Shown here piece by piece: positions 9,934-20,031 of a DNA stretch of 64,000 nucleotides. The first letter of the stretch is position 1; the number at the start of each line of letters is the position of its first letter. A program made the position numbers and the translations under genes. The notes under the pieces were generated by a model that was not told where the DNA came from, ran no database searches, and was given only the letters and a program-made list of their open reading frames with translations. The DNA is from a phage: the sequence record PZ534512.1, one strand, 5' to 3'.

Positions 9934-10149
9934 ATGAAAAGTTTTAAAGATGTAAAAGTTGGTGAAATTTTCTGTTTAGATAATGGTGATCAGTTAATTC
10001 GTATTTCACCTCTTAAGAGCACTAGCGAGAAACCGACAGTTAATGCTACTTTAGCAAATAATAGTAATGAACGTTTCTGTATTGAAAATGATACTGAAAC
10101 TTACACCGTAGAAGAATTCTGGGAATTGAGCGTCGACTGCGACGATTAA
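9934..10149 (+). CDS. hypothetical protein
   Basis: 71-aa ORF with RBS gaggtg. Confidence 0.5.
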   Translation: MKSFKDVKVGEIFCLDNGDQLIRISPLKSTSEKPTVNATLANNSNERFCIENDTETYTVEEFWELSVDCDD

Positions 10150-10155
10150 TTTAAT

Positions 10156-10177
10156 GGCCGCGTGTATTCATGCGGCC
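10156..10177 (+). terminator. GC hairpin
   Basis: ggccgc...gcggcc inverted repeat after stop. Confidence 0.35.
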
Positions 10178-10208
10178 TTGGAGTAGAAAATAATTAGAGG
10201 AAATTAAA

Positions 10209-10652
10209 ATGAAATACATGACTGTTACTGATCTGAACAACGCAGGCGCTACTGTTATTGGTACAATCAAGGGTGGTAAGTGGTTTTTGGGAACTCCGCA
10301 TAAAGATATTTTATCTAAACCTGGATTTTACTTTTTAGTAAATGAATTCGATGGTTCATGCGTATCCGCACGATTTTATGTGGGTAATCAGCGTTCTAAG
10401 CAAGGATTCAGCGCAGTTCTAAGTCATATTCGTCAACGCCGGTCTCAACTTGCGCGTACTATTGTAAATAACAATGTTCCATACACAGTATTTTATCTGC
10501 CTGCTTCTAAGATGAAACCTCTGACGACAGGATTTGGTAAAGGTCAGTTAGCTTTGGCGTTTACTCGTAATCATCATTCTGAGTATCAAACACTTGAAGA
10601 AATGAACCGTATGTTGGCTGATAATTTTAAATTCGTTTTGCAGGCATATTAA
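10209..10652 (+). CDS. ndd: nucleoid disruption protein
   Basis: 147 aa; [23 protein letters not shown]... matches recalled T4 Ndd. Confidence 0.85.
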
Positions 10653-10732
10653 TGAGTAATTTCCACAACGAACATGTGATGCAGTTTTATCGTAACAATC
10701 TTAAAACTAAAGGCGTCTTCGGACGCCAGTGA
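10652..10732 (+). CDS. stp: Stp peptide (26 aa), activator of the host PrrC anticodon nuclease system
   Basis: [26 protein letters not shown], recognised by sequence; TAATG overlap with ndd stop. Confidence 0.7.
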
Positions 10733-10739
10733 GGAAAAT

Positions 10740-10898
10740 ATGAATATCGCAAAATTATTAGGAGTTATTTCATTTATTTGTTGGATAGTAGCATGTGTTT
10801 TAACTATCTGTATTGATGCCAGCAGTGTGTTTTCACAAGCTTTAGCCCAGGGTATGTGTGCATATTTAACATTTGTGTTGTTATCTACTAATGATTAA
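10740..10898 (+). CDS. small membrane protein (ac position)
   Basis: 52-aa hydrophobic ORF MNIAKLLGVISFICWIVACVLTICID... after gaggaaaat RBS. Confidence 0.45.
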   Translation: MNIAKLLGVISFICWIVACVLTICIDASSVFSQALAQGMCAYLTFVLLSTND

Positions 10899-11031
10899 GA
10901 AAATCTTGGGCTATTCACTAGCCCTTGCTACTTTATTGGTAGCGTTATATTACGGAATAATGTTCGGATTAATTCAAGTCGTGCTTTTCATTTCTGATGT
11001 TATTATGGCACTACATTCACTAGTATGGTAA
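10891..11031 (+). CDS. small hydrophobic peptide (46 aa)
   Basis: MIKKILGYSLALATLLVALYYGIMFGLIQVVLFISDVIMALHSLVW. Confidence 0.35.
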   Translation: MIKKILGYSLALATLLVALYYGIMFGLIQVVLFISDVIMALHSLVW

Positions 11032-11035
11032 ATTT

Positions 11036-12364
11036 ATGCAACTGAATAATCGCGATTTAAAAAGTATCATTGATAATGAAGCATTGGCTTATGCTATGTA
11101 CACGGTTGAAAATCGTGCTATTCCAAATATGATTGATGGATTTAAGCCAGTTCAACGATTTGTTATTGCTCGAGCTCTTGATTTGGCACGAGGAAATAAA
11201 GATAAGTTTCATAAGCTCGCTTCTATCGCAGGTGGTGTAGCGGACCTTGGATATCACCATGGCGAAAACTCTGCGCAAGATGCAGGTGCTTTGATGGCTA
11301 ACACTTGGAATAATAATTTTCCTCTGTTAGATGGTCAAGGAAACTTTGGTTCTCGTACCGTCCAAAAAGCAGCAGCAAGTCGTTATATTTTTGCTCGTGT
11401 AAGTAAAAATTTCTATAACGTATATAAAGATACTGAATATGCTCCGGTACATCAAGATAAAGAACACATTCCGCCTGCTTTCTATTTGCCTATTATTCCT
11501 ACTGTTCTTCTTAATGGCGTTTCCGGTATTGCAACTGGTTATGCAACTTACATTCTTCCTCATAGTGTTTCTTCTGTCAAGAAAGCTGTACTGCAAGCTC
11601 TTCAAGGAAAGAAAGTAACTAAACCGAAGGTAGAATTCCCAGAATTTCGTGGTGAAGTCGTTGAGATTGATGGTCAATATGAAATTCGCGGAACATATAA
11701 GTTTACTTCACGAACTCAAATGCATATCACTGAGATTCCGTATAAGTATGATCGTGAAACTTATGTGAGTAAAATCTTAGACCCACTTGAAGATAAAGGA
11801 TTCATTACATGGGATGATGCTTGTGGTGAGCATGGTTTTGGATTCAAAGTTAAATTCCGTAAAGAATATTCTTTGAGCGATAATGAAGAAGAACGCCATG
11901 CAAAAATTATGAAAGACTTTGGGTTGATTGAGCGTCGTTCTCAGAATATTACGGTTATTAATGAGAAAGGAAAACTACAAGTTTACGATAACGTAGTTGA
12001 TTTAATCAAAGACTTCGTTGAAGTTCGTAAAACTTATGTCCAAAAACGAATTGATAACAAAATCAAAGAAACTGAATCAGCATTTCGTTTAGCCTTTGCC
12101 AAGGCACATTTCATTAAGAAAGTAATTTCAGGTGAAATTGTTGTACAAGGTAAAACTCGTAAAGAACTGACCGAAGAACTTTCGAAAATCGATATGTATT
12201 CTTCTTATGTTGATAAACTAGTTGGAATGAATATTTTTCATATGACTTCCGATGAAGCAAAGAAACTTGCTGAAGAAGCTAAAGCTAAAAAAGAAGAAAA
12301 CGAATATTGGAAAACTACTGATGTAGTTACCGAATACACCAAAGATTTAGAGGAAATCAAATGA
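11036..12364 (+). CDS. 52: DNA topoisomerase II medium subunit (GyrA-like)
   Basis: 442 aa; AIPNMIDGFKPVQRFV and catalytic-Tyr region AAASRYIFARV. Confidence 0.92.
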   Translation: MQLNNRDLKSIIDNEALAYAMYTVENRAIPNMIDGFKPVQRFVIARALDLARGNKDKFHKLASIAGGVADLGYHHGENSAQDAGALMANTWNNNFPLLDGQGNFGSRTVQKAAASRYIFARVSKNFYNVYKDTEYAPVHQDKEHIPPAFYLPIIPTVLLNGVSGIATGYATYILPHSVSSVKKAVLQALQGKKVTKPKVEFPEFRGEVVEIDGQYEIRGTYKFTSRTQMHITEIPYKYDRETYVSKILDPLEDKGFITWDDACGEHGFGFKVKFRKEYSLSDNEEERHAKIMKDFGLIERRSQNITVINEKGKLQVYDNVVDLIKDFVEVRKTYVQKRIDNKIKETESAFRLAFAKAHFIKKVISGEIVVQGKTRKELTEELSKIDMYSSYVDKLVGMNIFHMTSDEAKKLAEEAKAKKEENEYWKTTDVVTEYTKDLEEIK

Positions 12365-12510
12365 GTCCATTCATTGGTATTACAAGCGCTGCATTAGTAT
12401 CTGGTAGCATTTTACTGGCGGGTTTAGGCGTTGTTCCAGCCATAGCAGGAGGTCTTCTTGCGTTCGGAATTCAACGTGTTATCATGACTGTGATAACTGT
12501 CATGCAGTAA
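12361..12510 (+). CDS. small membrane peptide (49 aa)
   Basis: MSPFIGITSAALVSGSILLAGLGVVPAIAGGLLAFGIQRV..., ATGA overlap with gene 52 stop. Confidence 0.45.
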   Translation: MSPFIGITSAALVSGSILLAGLGVVPAIAGGLLAFGIQRVIMTVITVMQ

Positions 12511-12515
12511 TTTTA

Positions 12516-12545
12516 GGGAGAGCCTCGGCTCTCCCTTTTTTATTT
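12516..12545 (+). terminator. intrinsic terminator
   Basis: gggagagcctcggctctccc followed by tttttatttt. Confidence 0.65.
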
Positions 12546-12565
12546 TAAAATTTTTTCACAAAACG

Positions 12566-12596
12566 GTTTACAACCAAAGCATACTGTGGTACTATA
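12566..12596 (+). promoter_or_regulatory. early promoter upstream of motA
   Basis: cacaaaacggtttacaaccaaagcatactgtggtactatacaactatcaactac. Confidence 0.5.
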
Positions 12597-12636
12597 CAAC
12601 TATCAACTACTGATACAGAATTACGGAGATTAGAAA

Positions 12637-13272
12637 ATGTCTAAAGTAACTTACATCATCAAAGCTTCTAACGATGTTCTGAATGAAAAAACTGCTGCGA
12701 TTTTAATTACCATTGCTAAGAAAGATTTCATTACAGCTGCAGAAGTTCGTGAGGTGCATCCAGATTTAGGTAACGCAGTAGTTAATAGTAATATTGGGGT
12801 ATTGATTAAAAAAGGCCTGGTAGAGAAATCTGGTGATGGATTAATCATTACAGGTGAAGCTCAGGATATTATTTCAAACGCAGCAACTTTATACGCACAG
12901 GAAAATGCTCCGGAACTGCTGAAAAAACGAGCAACTCGTAAAGCTCGCGAGATTACTTCTGATATGGAAGAAGATAAAGACCTCATGTTAAAACTTTTGG
13001 ATGAAAATGGATTTGTTCTTAAAAAGGTTGAAACTTATCGCAGTAACTATCTTGCTATTTTAGAAAAACGCACTCACGGAATTCGTAATTTTGAAATTAA
13101 CAACAATGGAAATATGCGAATTTTTGGATACAAAATGATGGAACATCATATTCAGAAATTTACTGACATCGGAATGTCATGTAAAATCGCTAAAAACGGT
13201 AATGTGTATCTTGACATTAAACGCTCGGCAGAAAACATTGAAGCAGTAATCACTGTAGCATCTGAACTGTGA
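12637..13272 (+). CDS. motA: MotA middle-promoter transcription activator
   Basis: 211 aa, matches recalled T4 MotA length and N-terminus. Confidence 0.88.
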   Translation: MSKVTYIIKASNDVLNEKTAAILITIAKKDFITAAEVREVHPDLGNAVVNSNIGVLIKKGLVEKSGDGLIITGEAQDIISNAATLYAQENAPELLKKRATRKAREITSDMEEDKDLMLKLLDENGFVLKKVETYRSNYLAILEKRTHGIRNFEINNNGNMRIFGYKMMEHHIQKFTDIGMSCKIAKNGNVYLDIKRSAENIEAVITVASEL

Positions 13273-13282
13273 GGAATAAATA

Positions 13283-13612
13283 ATGAACAAGTTAGAAATT
13301 GTTAATGAACTTCGTCGTTGTGCAGAACCTACACAAGAGGGTTGGGACATCTGGTATCATGGAGCTTATCTTGGAACTATCGTAAAGATTAAGACTGGTA
13401 AATACATGATTATTCGTGAAAGTAAAGATGCTCCAGTAGGTATTCGTAATAATTTTATGGCAGCGATAAGTTCATTTACGGATGCAGCTTACGAAATTTA
13501 CCTTGCTGATTATAAAGAATTCCAGGAATCTCAACCGGTTATTCGTTCAATTGGTGTTAACAGAGCTCAGCAGAAAACTTTGTGGCAACGTATTAAAGGA
13601 TGGTTTAAATGA
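13283..13612 (+). CDS. hypothetical protein (motA.1 position)
   Basis: 109-aa ORF. Confidence 0.6.
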   Translation: MNKLEIVNELRRCAEPTQEGWDIWYHGAYLGTIVKIKTGKYMIIRESKDAPVGIRNNFMAAISSFTDAAYEIYLADYKEFQESQPVIRSIGVNRAQQKTLWQRIKGWFK

Positions 13613-14070
13613 ACCCATTTATCAATCGTTTAAAAATGCTGAATGTTCCTTTATCTCGTGAAACTCCAGAAAGTCTTGTTGAAAAATTTAAAACGCATGG
13701 TTATAAATGCACAGAAGAAGATATTCTGAAAGAAGTTCCTGAAATCTGTTGGCAGACTGCGTACTGGGATGAAAACCAAAAGTATCAACGACGAATTGTC
13801 TGTGCAGCCAACCGTTTTAAATTAAAAGATGGACGAACTCTTATTATTCCAGGTGCTCGTCATTATTCTAAAGATATGGCCGAAGTTTTAGATGTAGTTA
13901 AACCTCAATTAGTTACTCAACAAGTTTGTGATGATGACCAAGGGTTTATTGACCAATACAGTAATTATTGGACACGTGAAGAAGCAATGATTATTGCAAC
14001 TTACGCTGGACAAGTACGTATTGAACGTGGTGGTAGTGAAAAAGAACTTTACTCTGAGGACCTTTACTAA
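13609..14070 (+). CDS. hypothetical protein
   Basis: 153-aa ORF, ATGA coupling. Confidence 0.6.
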   Translation: MNPFINRLKMLNVPLSRETPESLVEKFKTHGYKCTEEDILKEVPEICWQTAYWDENQKYQRRIVCAANRFKLKDGRTLIIPGARHYSKDMAEVLDVVKPQLVTQQVCDDDQGFIDQYSNYWTREEAMIIATYAGQVRIERGGSEKELYSEDLY

Positions 14071-14366
14071 TGAATATTAAAAAGTTTCAAATCGATGGAA
14101 TTATGAATCAAATCCAGGCACTGGAATATGCCAATAAAATGATGTCAACTAATTGGGGAATTTATGCGAATGAGCCGGCATTTAAATTTTGTGATATGGA
14201 ATTTGCCAAAAAGCTTGTAGGAAAAGATTATGTATGTCCATTTAGTTCTCCAGTAAATGGAATGCTAAAACCTGCTTTACGCGATCTTTATATTGCGATG
14301 AACGAAGAAATGATAAAAGAATTAAAACGTCAACTGAAGGTGATTCAATTTGGCCAGGGAAATTAA
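14070..14366 (+). CDS. hypothetical protein
   Basis: 98-aa ORF. Confidence 0.55.
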   Translation: MNIKKFQIDGIMNQIQALEYANKMMSTNWGIYANEPAFKFCDMEFAKKLVGKDYVCPFSSPVNGMLKPALRDLYIAMNEEMIKELKRQLKVIQFGQGN

Positions 14367-14568
14367 TTCAAAATCTGATTATTTTAATTCTCTCAATGAT
14401 AAAGATAAAAATCTAATACGGCATTTTATTGTTGAGATGGGATATACCGATACACGCGATTTAAGAGAACATATATTTGAATGTGGTGTAGCTAAAAAGT
14501 TTTCATTCACATGCAAATGTTTGAGAGAGGTAATTCAGCACTATGAACAATTTAGTCGCAAAACATAA
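14350..14568 (+). CDS. hypothetical protein
   Basis: 72-aa ORF overlapping previous stop. Confidence 0.45.
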   Translation: MAREINSKSDYFNSLNDKDKNLIRHFIVEMGYTDTRDLREHIFECGVAKKFSFTCKCLREVIQHYEQFSRKT

Positions 14569-14651
14569 TTTCAATAAAGCTTCTGTTCATAAGGATAAGA
14601 AGAAAGCGTTTAAAGAATCTAATCGCAAACAGAAACATAAGGGGAAGGTCT

Positions 14652-14930
14652 ATGATTATTGATTCTCAGTCTGTGGTTCAATACACAATCAAAATTGATA
14701 TTCTAGAAAAGCTATATAAGTTTCTACCAAATTTATACCACTCAATTGTTAATGAATTAGTTGAAGAACTACATCTTGAGAATAATGATTTCTTGATTGG
14801 AACTTATAAAGACCTCTCAAAAGCAGGGTATTTTTACGTAATTCCAGCTCCAGGAAAAAGTATTGATGATGTATTAAAAACTATAATGATTTATGTCCAT
14901 GATTATGAAATTGAAGATTATTTCGAATGA
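14652..14930 (+). CDS. hypothetical protein
   Basis: 92-aa ORF after RBS aaggggaagg. Confidence 0.55.
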   Translation: MIIDSQSVVQYTIKIDILEKLYKFLPNLYHSIVNELVEELHLENNDFLIGTYKDLSKAGYFYVIPAPGKSIDDVLKTIMIYVHDYEIEDYFE

Positions 14931-15079
14931 GTCATAATCTTGAAAAGGTAATCGAGCATAATGTAGCTCAGGAACGTAAGTCGTTCAAGGAATTCGTAGA
15001 AAAAATTTTTGAAGAAAATAACACAGACCAGTTTACAAATCAAGCGTCTGATGATATTATAACAAAGTCAACTAATTGA
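14927..15079 (+). CDS. small hypothetical protein (50 aa)
   Basis: MSHNLEKVIEHNVAQERKSFKEF..., ATGA overlap; below track cutoff. Confidence 0.35.
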   Translation: MSHNLEKVIEHNVAQERKSFKEFVEKIFEENNTDQFTNQASDDIITKSTN

Positions 15080-15091
15080 GTGGTATAGTTA

Positions 15092-15364
15092 ATGAATAAA
15101 AACATTGATACAGTTCGTGAAATTATTACTGTTGCGTCTATTTTGATTAAATTTTCCAGAGAAGATATTGTTGAAAATCGTGCTAATTTTATTGCATTTC
15201 TGAATGAGATTGGAGTAACGCATGAAGGTAGAAAGTTAAATCAGAATTCATTCCGTAAAATTGTTTCTGAATTAACTCAAGAAGATAAGAAAACCCTCAT
15301 CGACGAATTCAACGAGGGTTTTGAGGGTGTATATCGATATCTAGAGATGTATACGAACAAATAA
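15092..15364 (+). CDS. asiA: anti-sigma70 factor AsiA
   Basis: 90 aa, MNKNIDTVREIITVASILIKFSREDIVENRANF... matches recalled T4 AsiA. Confidence 0.9.
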   Translation: MNKNIDTVREIITVASILIKFSREDIVENRANFIAFLNEIGVTHEGRKLNQNSFRKIVSELTQEDKKTLIDEFNEGFEGVYRYLEMYTNK

Positions 15365-16021
15365 TTATTTAGCCCTTCCTAATATTCTGGCCGCCTGAGC
15401 ACATATTGATTCAAGGCGGTCATTACTTATATGATCATTTCTATACCAGTACATGGTTATCGTTCCAGCATAGATATTATCCAAATTAAAATATGGACAA
15501 CTGTACATGTAGTTTATTTCGGGAGTAGGCTTTTTAGTTGGTAAAAAAGCAAATTTTGAGTCAGAATAATAATGACGTCCATTTAAATGAACTGCATATT
15601 CATCCATAGTTTTATCAACAGGATATCCTCCAAGTGATTTTTCAGTTATTGTTGAAGGTAATCTTCCTTCGTATGCTATAATATCAACAAAATAGTTTAA
15701 GTTTTTAGGGCGGAAAGAATACACCGCACTAAAGTCTGCCTCAGATGATATATGAACTATCTGGAGTTGTTCCAGGGCGACAGATTCAAAGCGTGCATTT
15801 CTTTCCTTTTCAATAATTTCACTATATGTTTCATACTTTGATTGCTTATAGTACTCAAAGAAACTATCTCCCCTATACCAAACAATCGCCATCATAAATA
15901 AAAGAATTACGACAGCTACCCGGGAAGCAAGAACTTTCCCGGTAGCGTTATCTTTGAACAAGCGATCTAGAACACCAAATAGAATATCAGAGGGCGAAAA
16001 TGATATTCTAGGTGCTGCCAT
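15365..16021 (-). CDS. t: holin T
   Basis: 218 aa, MAAPRISFSPSDILFGVLDRLFKDNATGKVLASRVAVVILLFMMAIVWY (single N-terminal TM, large periplasmic domain). Confidence 0.9.
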   Translation of the reverse strand: MAAPRISFSPSDILFGVLDRLFKDNATGKVLASRVAVVILLFMMAIVWYRGDSFFEYYKQSKYETYSEIIEKERNARFESVALEQLQIVHISSEADFSAVYSFRPKNLNYFVDIIAYEGRLPSTITEKSLGGYPVDKTMDEYAVHLNGRHYYSDSKFAFLPTKKPTPEINYMYSCPYFNLDNIYAGTITMYWYRNDHISNDRLESICAQAARILGRAK

Positions 16022-16041
16022 AGACCCTCCTTTTAAGATAT

Positions 16042-16593
16042 TTATACGTAATGCTTGAATAAACGCTTATACCAAGGTTTCCGTTCTTTTTCAGGCCATG
16101 AAGGGAATTCACCACCTAAATGCTCATGCTTTTCTAAAAGAGCAAAGAACCGCTTAAGGTTTTTATAATAAAATTTTTCCTTTTTATTGGCGACAGAAGC
16201 TTCAATCATATTATTTAAAACTTGGAACTCTTTATATAATTCTTCAATTTTTCTATTACGAATTAAAACTCGCTTATATGTTTCGTCTTCTTTCCAACCG
16301 TCATCAGTCCATATATCAAATTCGCCAGGCTCATCAAAAGTTATACCAACCGGGCTTCCAATTTCACTTATAAAAATTTCTTCTTTATTAAAAGTCCATG
16401 CTCGTTTTCCGCGATGGTCTTCTTCATAAATCCAATCCTGAGTACGTTCATCAAATACAACTGCATATCCTTCTTTAGGTTCTAAAGGTTTTTTAATTGT
16501 TGAATGAGCAGGAAGACCGAGGCCTTTAACCGGTTTGTAATTTTCTTCTTTGTAAAATTCTTTAGTGTCAAAATAATAATGATATATTTTCAT
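16042..16593 (-). CDS. 38: long-tail-fibre assembly chaperone gp38 (T4-type)
   Basis: 183 aa, MKIYHYYFDTKEFYKEENYKP... as recalled for T4 gp38. Confidence 0.85.
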   Translation of the reverse strand: MKIYHYYFDTKEFYKEENYKPVKGLGLPAHSTIKKPLEPKEGYAVVFDERTQDWIYEEDHRGKRAWTFNKEEIFISEIGSPVGITFDEPGEFDIWTDDGWKEDETYKRVLIRNRKIEELYKEFQVLNNMIEASVANKKEKFYYKNLKRFFALLEKHEHLGGEFPSWPEKERKPWYKRLFKHYV

Positions 16594-16600
16594 ATTTAGA

Positions 16601-16618
16601 AGGGGCCGAAGCCCCTCT
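16601..16618 (-). terminator. GGGGCUUCGGCCCC hairpin between genes 37 and 38
   Basis: aggggccgaagcccct. Confidence 0.4.
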
Positions 16619-16620
16619 CC

Positions 16621-19600
16621 TTATGCTAAACGAACGATATAGTTAAAAGCAATGTTTTTAACCGTGTTTTCTGTATTACCTGTACTATTTACAGTGATAG
16701 TATGACCATGCGAGCCAATTGCTACCGTGTGGGTATGAGCACCGATACCTACAGTATGGGTATGAGCACCAATACCTACTGTGTGAGCATGGTTACCTGT
16801 AGTGCTTGTAGTACCAGACCAAGTATGAGTATGAGCACCGTCTGAAGAAGTTTTGGCTATATTCGACCCTGCAGTAGCACCGTTCACGGTTCCAGTGAAT
16901 TTAGCGTTGGCGTTTGCACCTACACTATTATATCCGTCATAGAATATGTTATTGGGTATGCCGGCTTGTATCTGAGGACCTGAGCGCGCATGTTGGTGTG
17001 CACCAGCAGAACTCGTAGTACCGCTTACAGTATGAGAGTGGTTACCTGTGGTATTGCTAGTCTTAGTGCCATAGTCAAAGCTACTTGTCGTCTTAGTACC
17101 ATAATCAAAACTCGACGTAGTTTTAGTACCCAAGTCAGTACTTGAAGCCGATGCACTATGGCTATGAGCCTTAACACCATCGGCTTCTGCGCTTAATACA
17201 GCTCGACCACTTGGTTTACCTTTAATAGTTTGCCCGCGCATATCTGGAATTACGCCAGATGGGTAAGCCATAGCCAATTTTGGGTATGCAGACTTATCAA
17301 AAGTCTGGCCTTCCATAATAGCGTAACCGTCAGGAGGAGTATCCGTTGGCCATGGAATAGGAGCACCGATTGGGTAACTCGATACAATATCGGTTTTAAG
17401 TGATTCAATTGTACTGTTTAAATTAGCAAAATTGCCAGAACCACCTGTAATATTGCCGTCTGTACCTAAATAAACTGAACCACCAGCAGAAACACGCTTA
17501 GGAGATATAAAATCACCATTTTTGTTAAATTCCCAACCTAAATCCTTTATAATAGCGCCAGTCGAACCGCCATCGCCGCCTTCATGATAATGAACTCTGA
17601 AGTTACCGCCGTTAATTAGAGTTCCCAGAGAATAACAACTGTAAATTTTTGTTAAATTCCCAACCTAAATCCTTTATAATAGCGCCAGTCGAACCGCCAT
17701 CGCCGCCTTCATGATAATGAACTCTGAAGTTACCGCCGTTAATTAGAGTTCCCAGAGAATAACAACTGTTTCCTTGGACATATCGTTGTTTCAAAATAGG
17801 AACGTAAGTACTTGTATCTGTACGATTAATATTCATATAGAATGGAGCACGAACGTTTTCATTATTTTGTGAAGCAAAAGACCCTGCACCAGCCGGGCGA
17901 ACTGTGTCAGTACATTCAGCATCAATATAAGCTGCTTGTCCTACCTGCATACGGTAATTAGGAGAAATGCGACTATTACTAGTAACAACAACAAGTTTGG
18001 TATCGTTGTCCACAGTAATCATATTACCGCCAGCGCCATCATCGCCTAACGTAACAGAATGGCGCATTTGTACCATACCATTATTAAGACTAATACTAAG
18101 TGGGCGGAGATTACTTATTCCACCACTTTCACCGGCATCTTTAGGAGTCGGGATAATATGTAATGCTGTTTCTGAGCGACGGAAAATAGCACCGTATTCG
18201 GCATTCCAAATTCTTAATGCATCAGCAGTTCCACCAATTTTTACTTGTCCAGTAATAGAAGAACCACCTTGGACAAACAAACCATTAGACATGGTAACAT
18301 TACCGACTAAAGTGCTTAATCCATTAACTTTAAAACTTCCGTCAGTAATAATACTTCCTCTAGCATTAACTTGTCCATTGAACTGGGTTACAACAGGCCC
18401 AGTAGTTTCAGAGCCACTTGGAGCCACACGCTGTGAATAAAAATAATATCCTTGTCCATCAGCTACTTCAAAAACCGTTTCACGATTACGATCGCCAGAT
18501 GCGTTAAATGAATTACCCCATGCTTTAACAGTTACATAGCTTTTATTCTGACCAGCACGAGTACCGCCTTCCCACAAAATTTGCTTAGTGCCATCAATTG
18601 TAGTAGTTGGAGCGAATGTTAGCCCAGCAGTAGAATTATTAGCTGCTAAATATATGCCATTATATATTGAAAGCTGCTTAACAGATGTAATACCGCCATC
18701 AGCATAAAACATTACATTATTAGAGCCAGTTACCAATTTCAAAATACCCGGGTTAACTTCCATGCCTTCTTGAGTATTAATATTAGTTTTGCCTTTACCA
18801 CGGAAATAGTGGTTCATTTTTCCGCCTGAGTTATAGCCAATATGCGTCTGGCCGTCTCCAGCAGTGTTTTCATCAGCTTGTGTTTGAACCGATAAAAACG
18901 CGGCGTTGGTTCCAGGCATAATCCATGTTGTACCTTGGTCCTCGGAACGACCAAAAATCGCTTTACGGGTACTACGGAAACTATCAGGAGTAATAGATGC
19001 TAAAGAAAGACCACTAGCAACTAAATCATATACTCCAGTTTTTTTGTATGATAAGCCTGTTGATGCATCACCGATAACTATATAACATTCGCCCATTGCT
19101 CCAGCGGAGCCGTAGTTATTAATGTTTTCATCTGTTGTAATTGTACCAATTGCGAGTGAGCGTCGTAATACTAAAGCCCCATCATTACGAAGACCCATTT
19201 GTTTATTAACGGCTGTATTACCAGTCCACCAAGAAAGTTCATCACTTTTTCCGGTTTGCGCAGAAGCTAATTCATGATAAATTGTACCGCCTGATTTAGC
19301 TCGAACTTTACGAAGATAGTTTATACCATTTTCTTCGCCTGTTCCAGGATAAACATATTGAACTAATGATTGCGAATCGTATTGTCCAAATGCTTTTGTA
19401 TCTAAAATAATATTTTTAGTATTAATCTGAGGCGAAGTAATATTTCCAATAGCTGCAATATTTCCAGATGTAGTTATACTACCTCCTGATACTGCTAAAC
19501 CTCCACCGTCAACAGTAAATCCGCCGTCACGTCGAAACGTCCAATATTTCGAATCGCCAGATTCATTGATATAATGAATCTTCAACGAACCTTCAGAAAC

Positions 19601-20023
19601 TAAAGTACCTAATGAAAAAGTTCCATCTTTAAAGCGCTGTTTAATTATAGGATTATATTCAGATGTGGAAGTAGCTGAGCTTAAATCTACAAAAATTGGA
19701 GCTTTCGCAGTATGTTGACCGGACCAAGCCCCACTTCCAGTAGTACGATAATTAAACTCAATATATCCACCGCTTGCTACAATTTGCGGACCAATTAAAT
19801 TAAATTTTCCAGTCTGTGTATAATCACCAGTTTGAGTGATATTACCACTGATATTACCGCCAGTAGAAATGCTTAAATCGATGATATTTCCTGAATCATC
19901 TTTAGTAAAAATTGTTCTATCTTTTAAGTTTATAGCCAATTCACCTTCGGCTAATACTGAAGCAGCAGGACGTGCACCTGCGGTTTTGCTTCTTTTAAAT
20001 TGTATTTGTTTTAAAGTAGCCAT
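16621..20023 (-). pseudogene. 37: long tail fibre distal subunit gp37, reading frame interrupted by a 127-bp tandem duplication
   Basis: N-terminal 803-aa ORF (17612-20023) stops 10 codons into the second repeat copy; C-terminal part continues in the +1 frame to 16621 with His-box tip ...[39 protein letters not shown]; removing one copy gives one 1091-aa ORF. Confidence 0.85.
17518..17771. repeat. direct tandem duplication, 2 x 127 bp (125 bp identical plus 2-nt junction)
   Basis: 17518-17642 is identical to 17645-17769. Confidence 0.95.
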
Positions 20024-20031
20024 AAGTCCTC

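Noticed and set aside
15362-15367. Convergent asiA and holin t genes with abutting stop codons and no spacer, as a sign of a deletion
   Set aside because: Tight convergent packing is typical for this genome; there is no disrupted ORF or repeat at the junction.
17518-17771. The 127-bp duplication in gene 37 as a programmed translational bypass (by analogy with T4 gene 60)
   Set aside because: No matching take-off/landing codon pair or known bypass signals were identified; the junction ACAAAAAUUUAC is not a canonical slippery heptamer. A mutation or assembly artefact is the simpler explanation.
17967-18440. 157-aa + strand ORF inside gene 37, and similar antisense or embedded ORFs (209-532, 468-833, 1674-1886, 2505-2909, 3090-3272, 3640-3885, 11057-11677, 21916-22173, 24095-24337, 28353-28757, 57601-57783)
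   Set aside because: They lie wholly within well-supported genes on the opposite strand or in alternative frames, with no RBS or start context.
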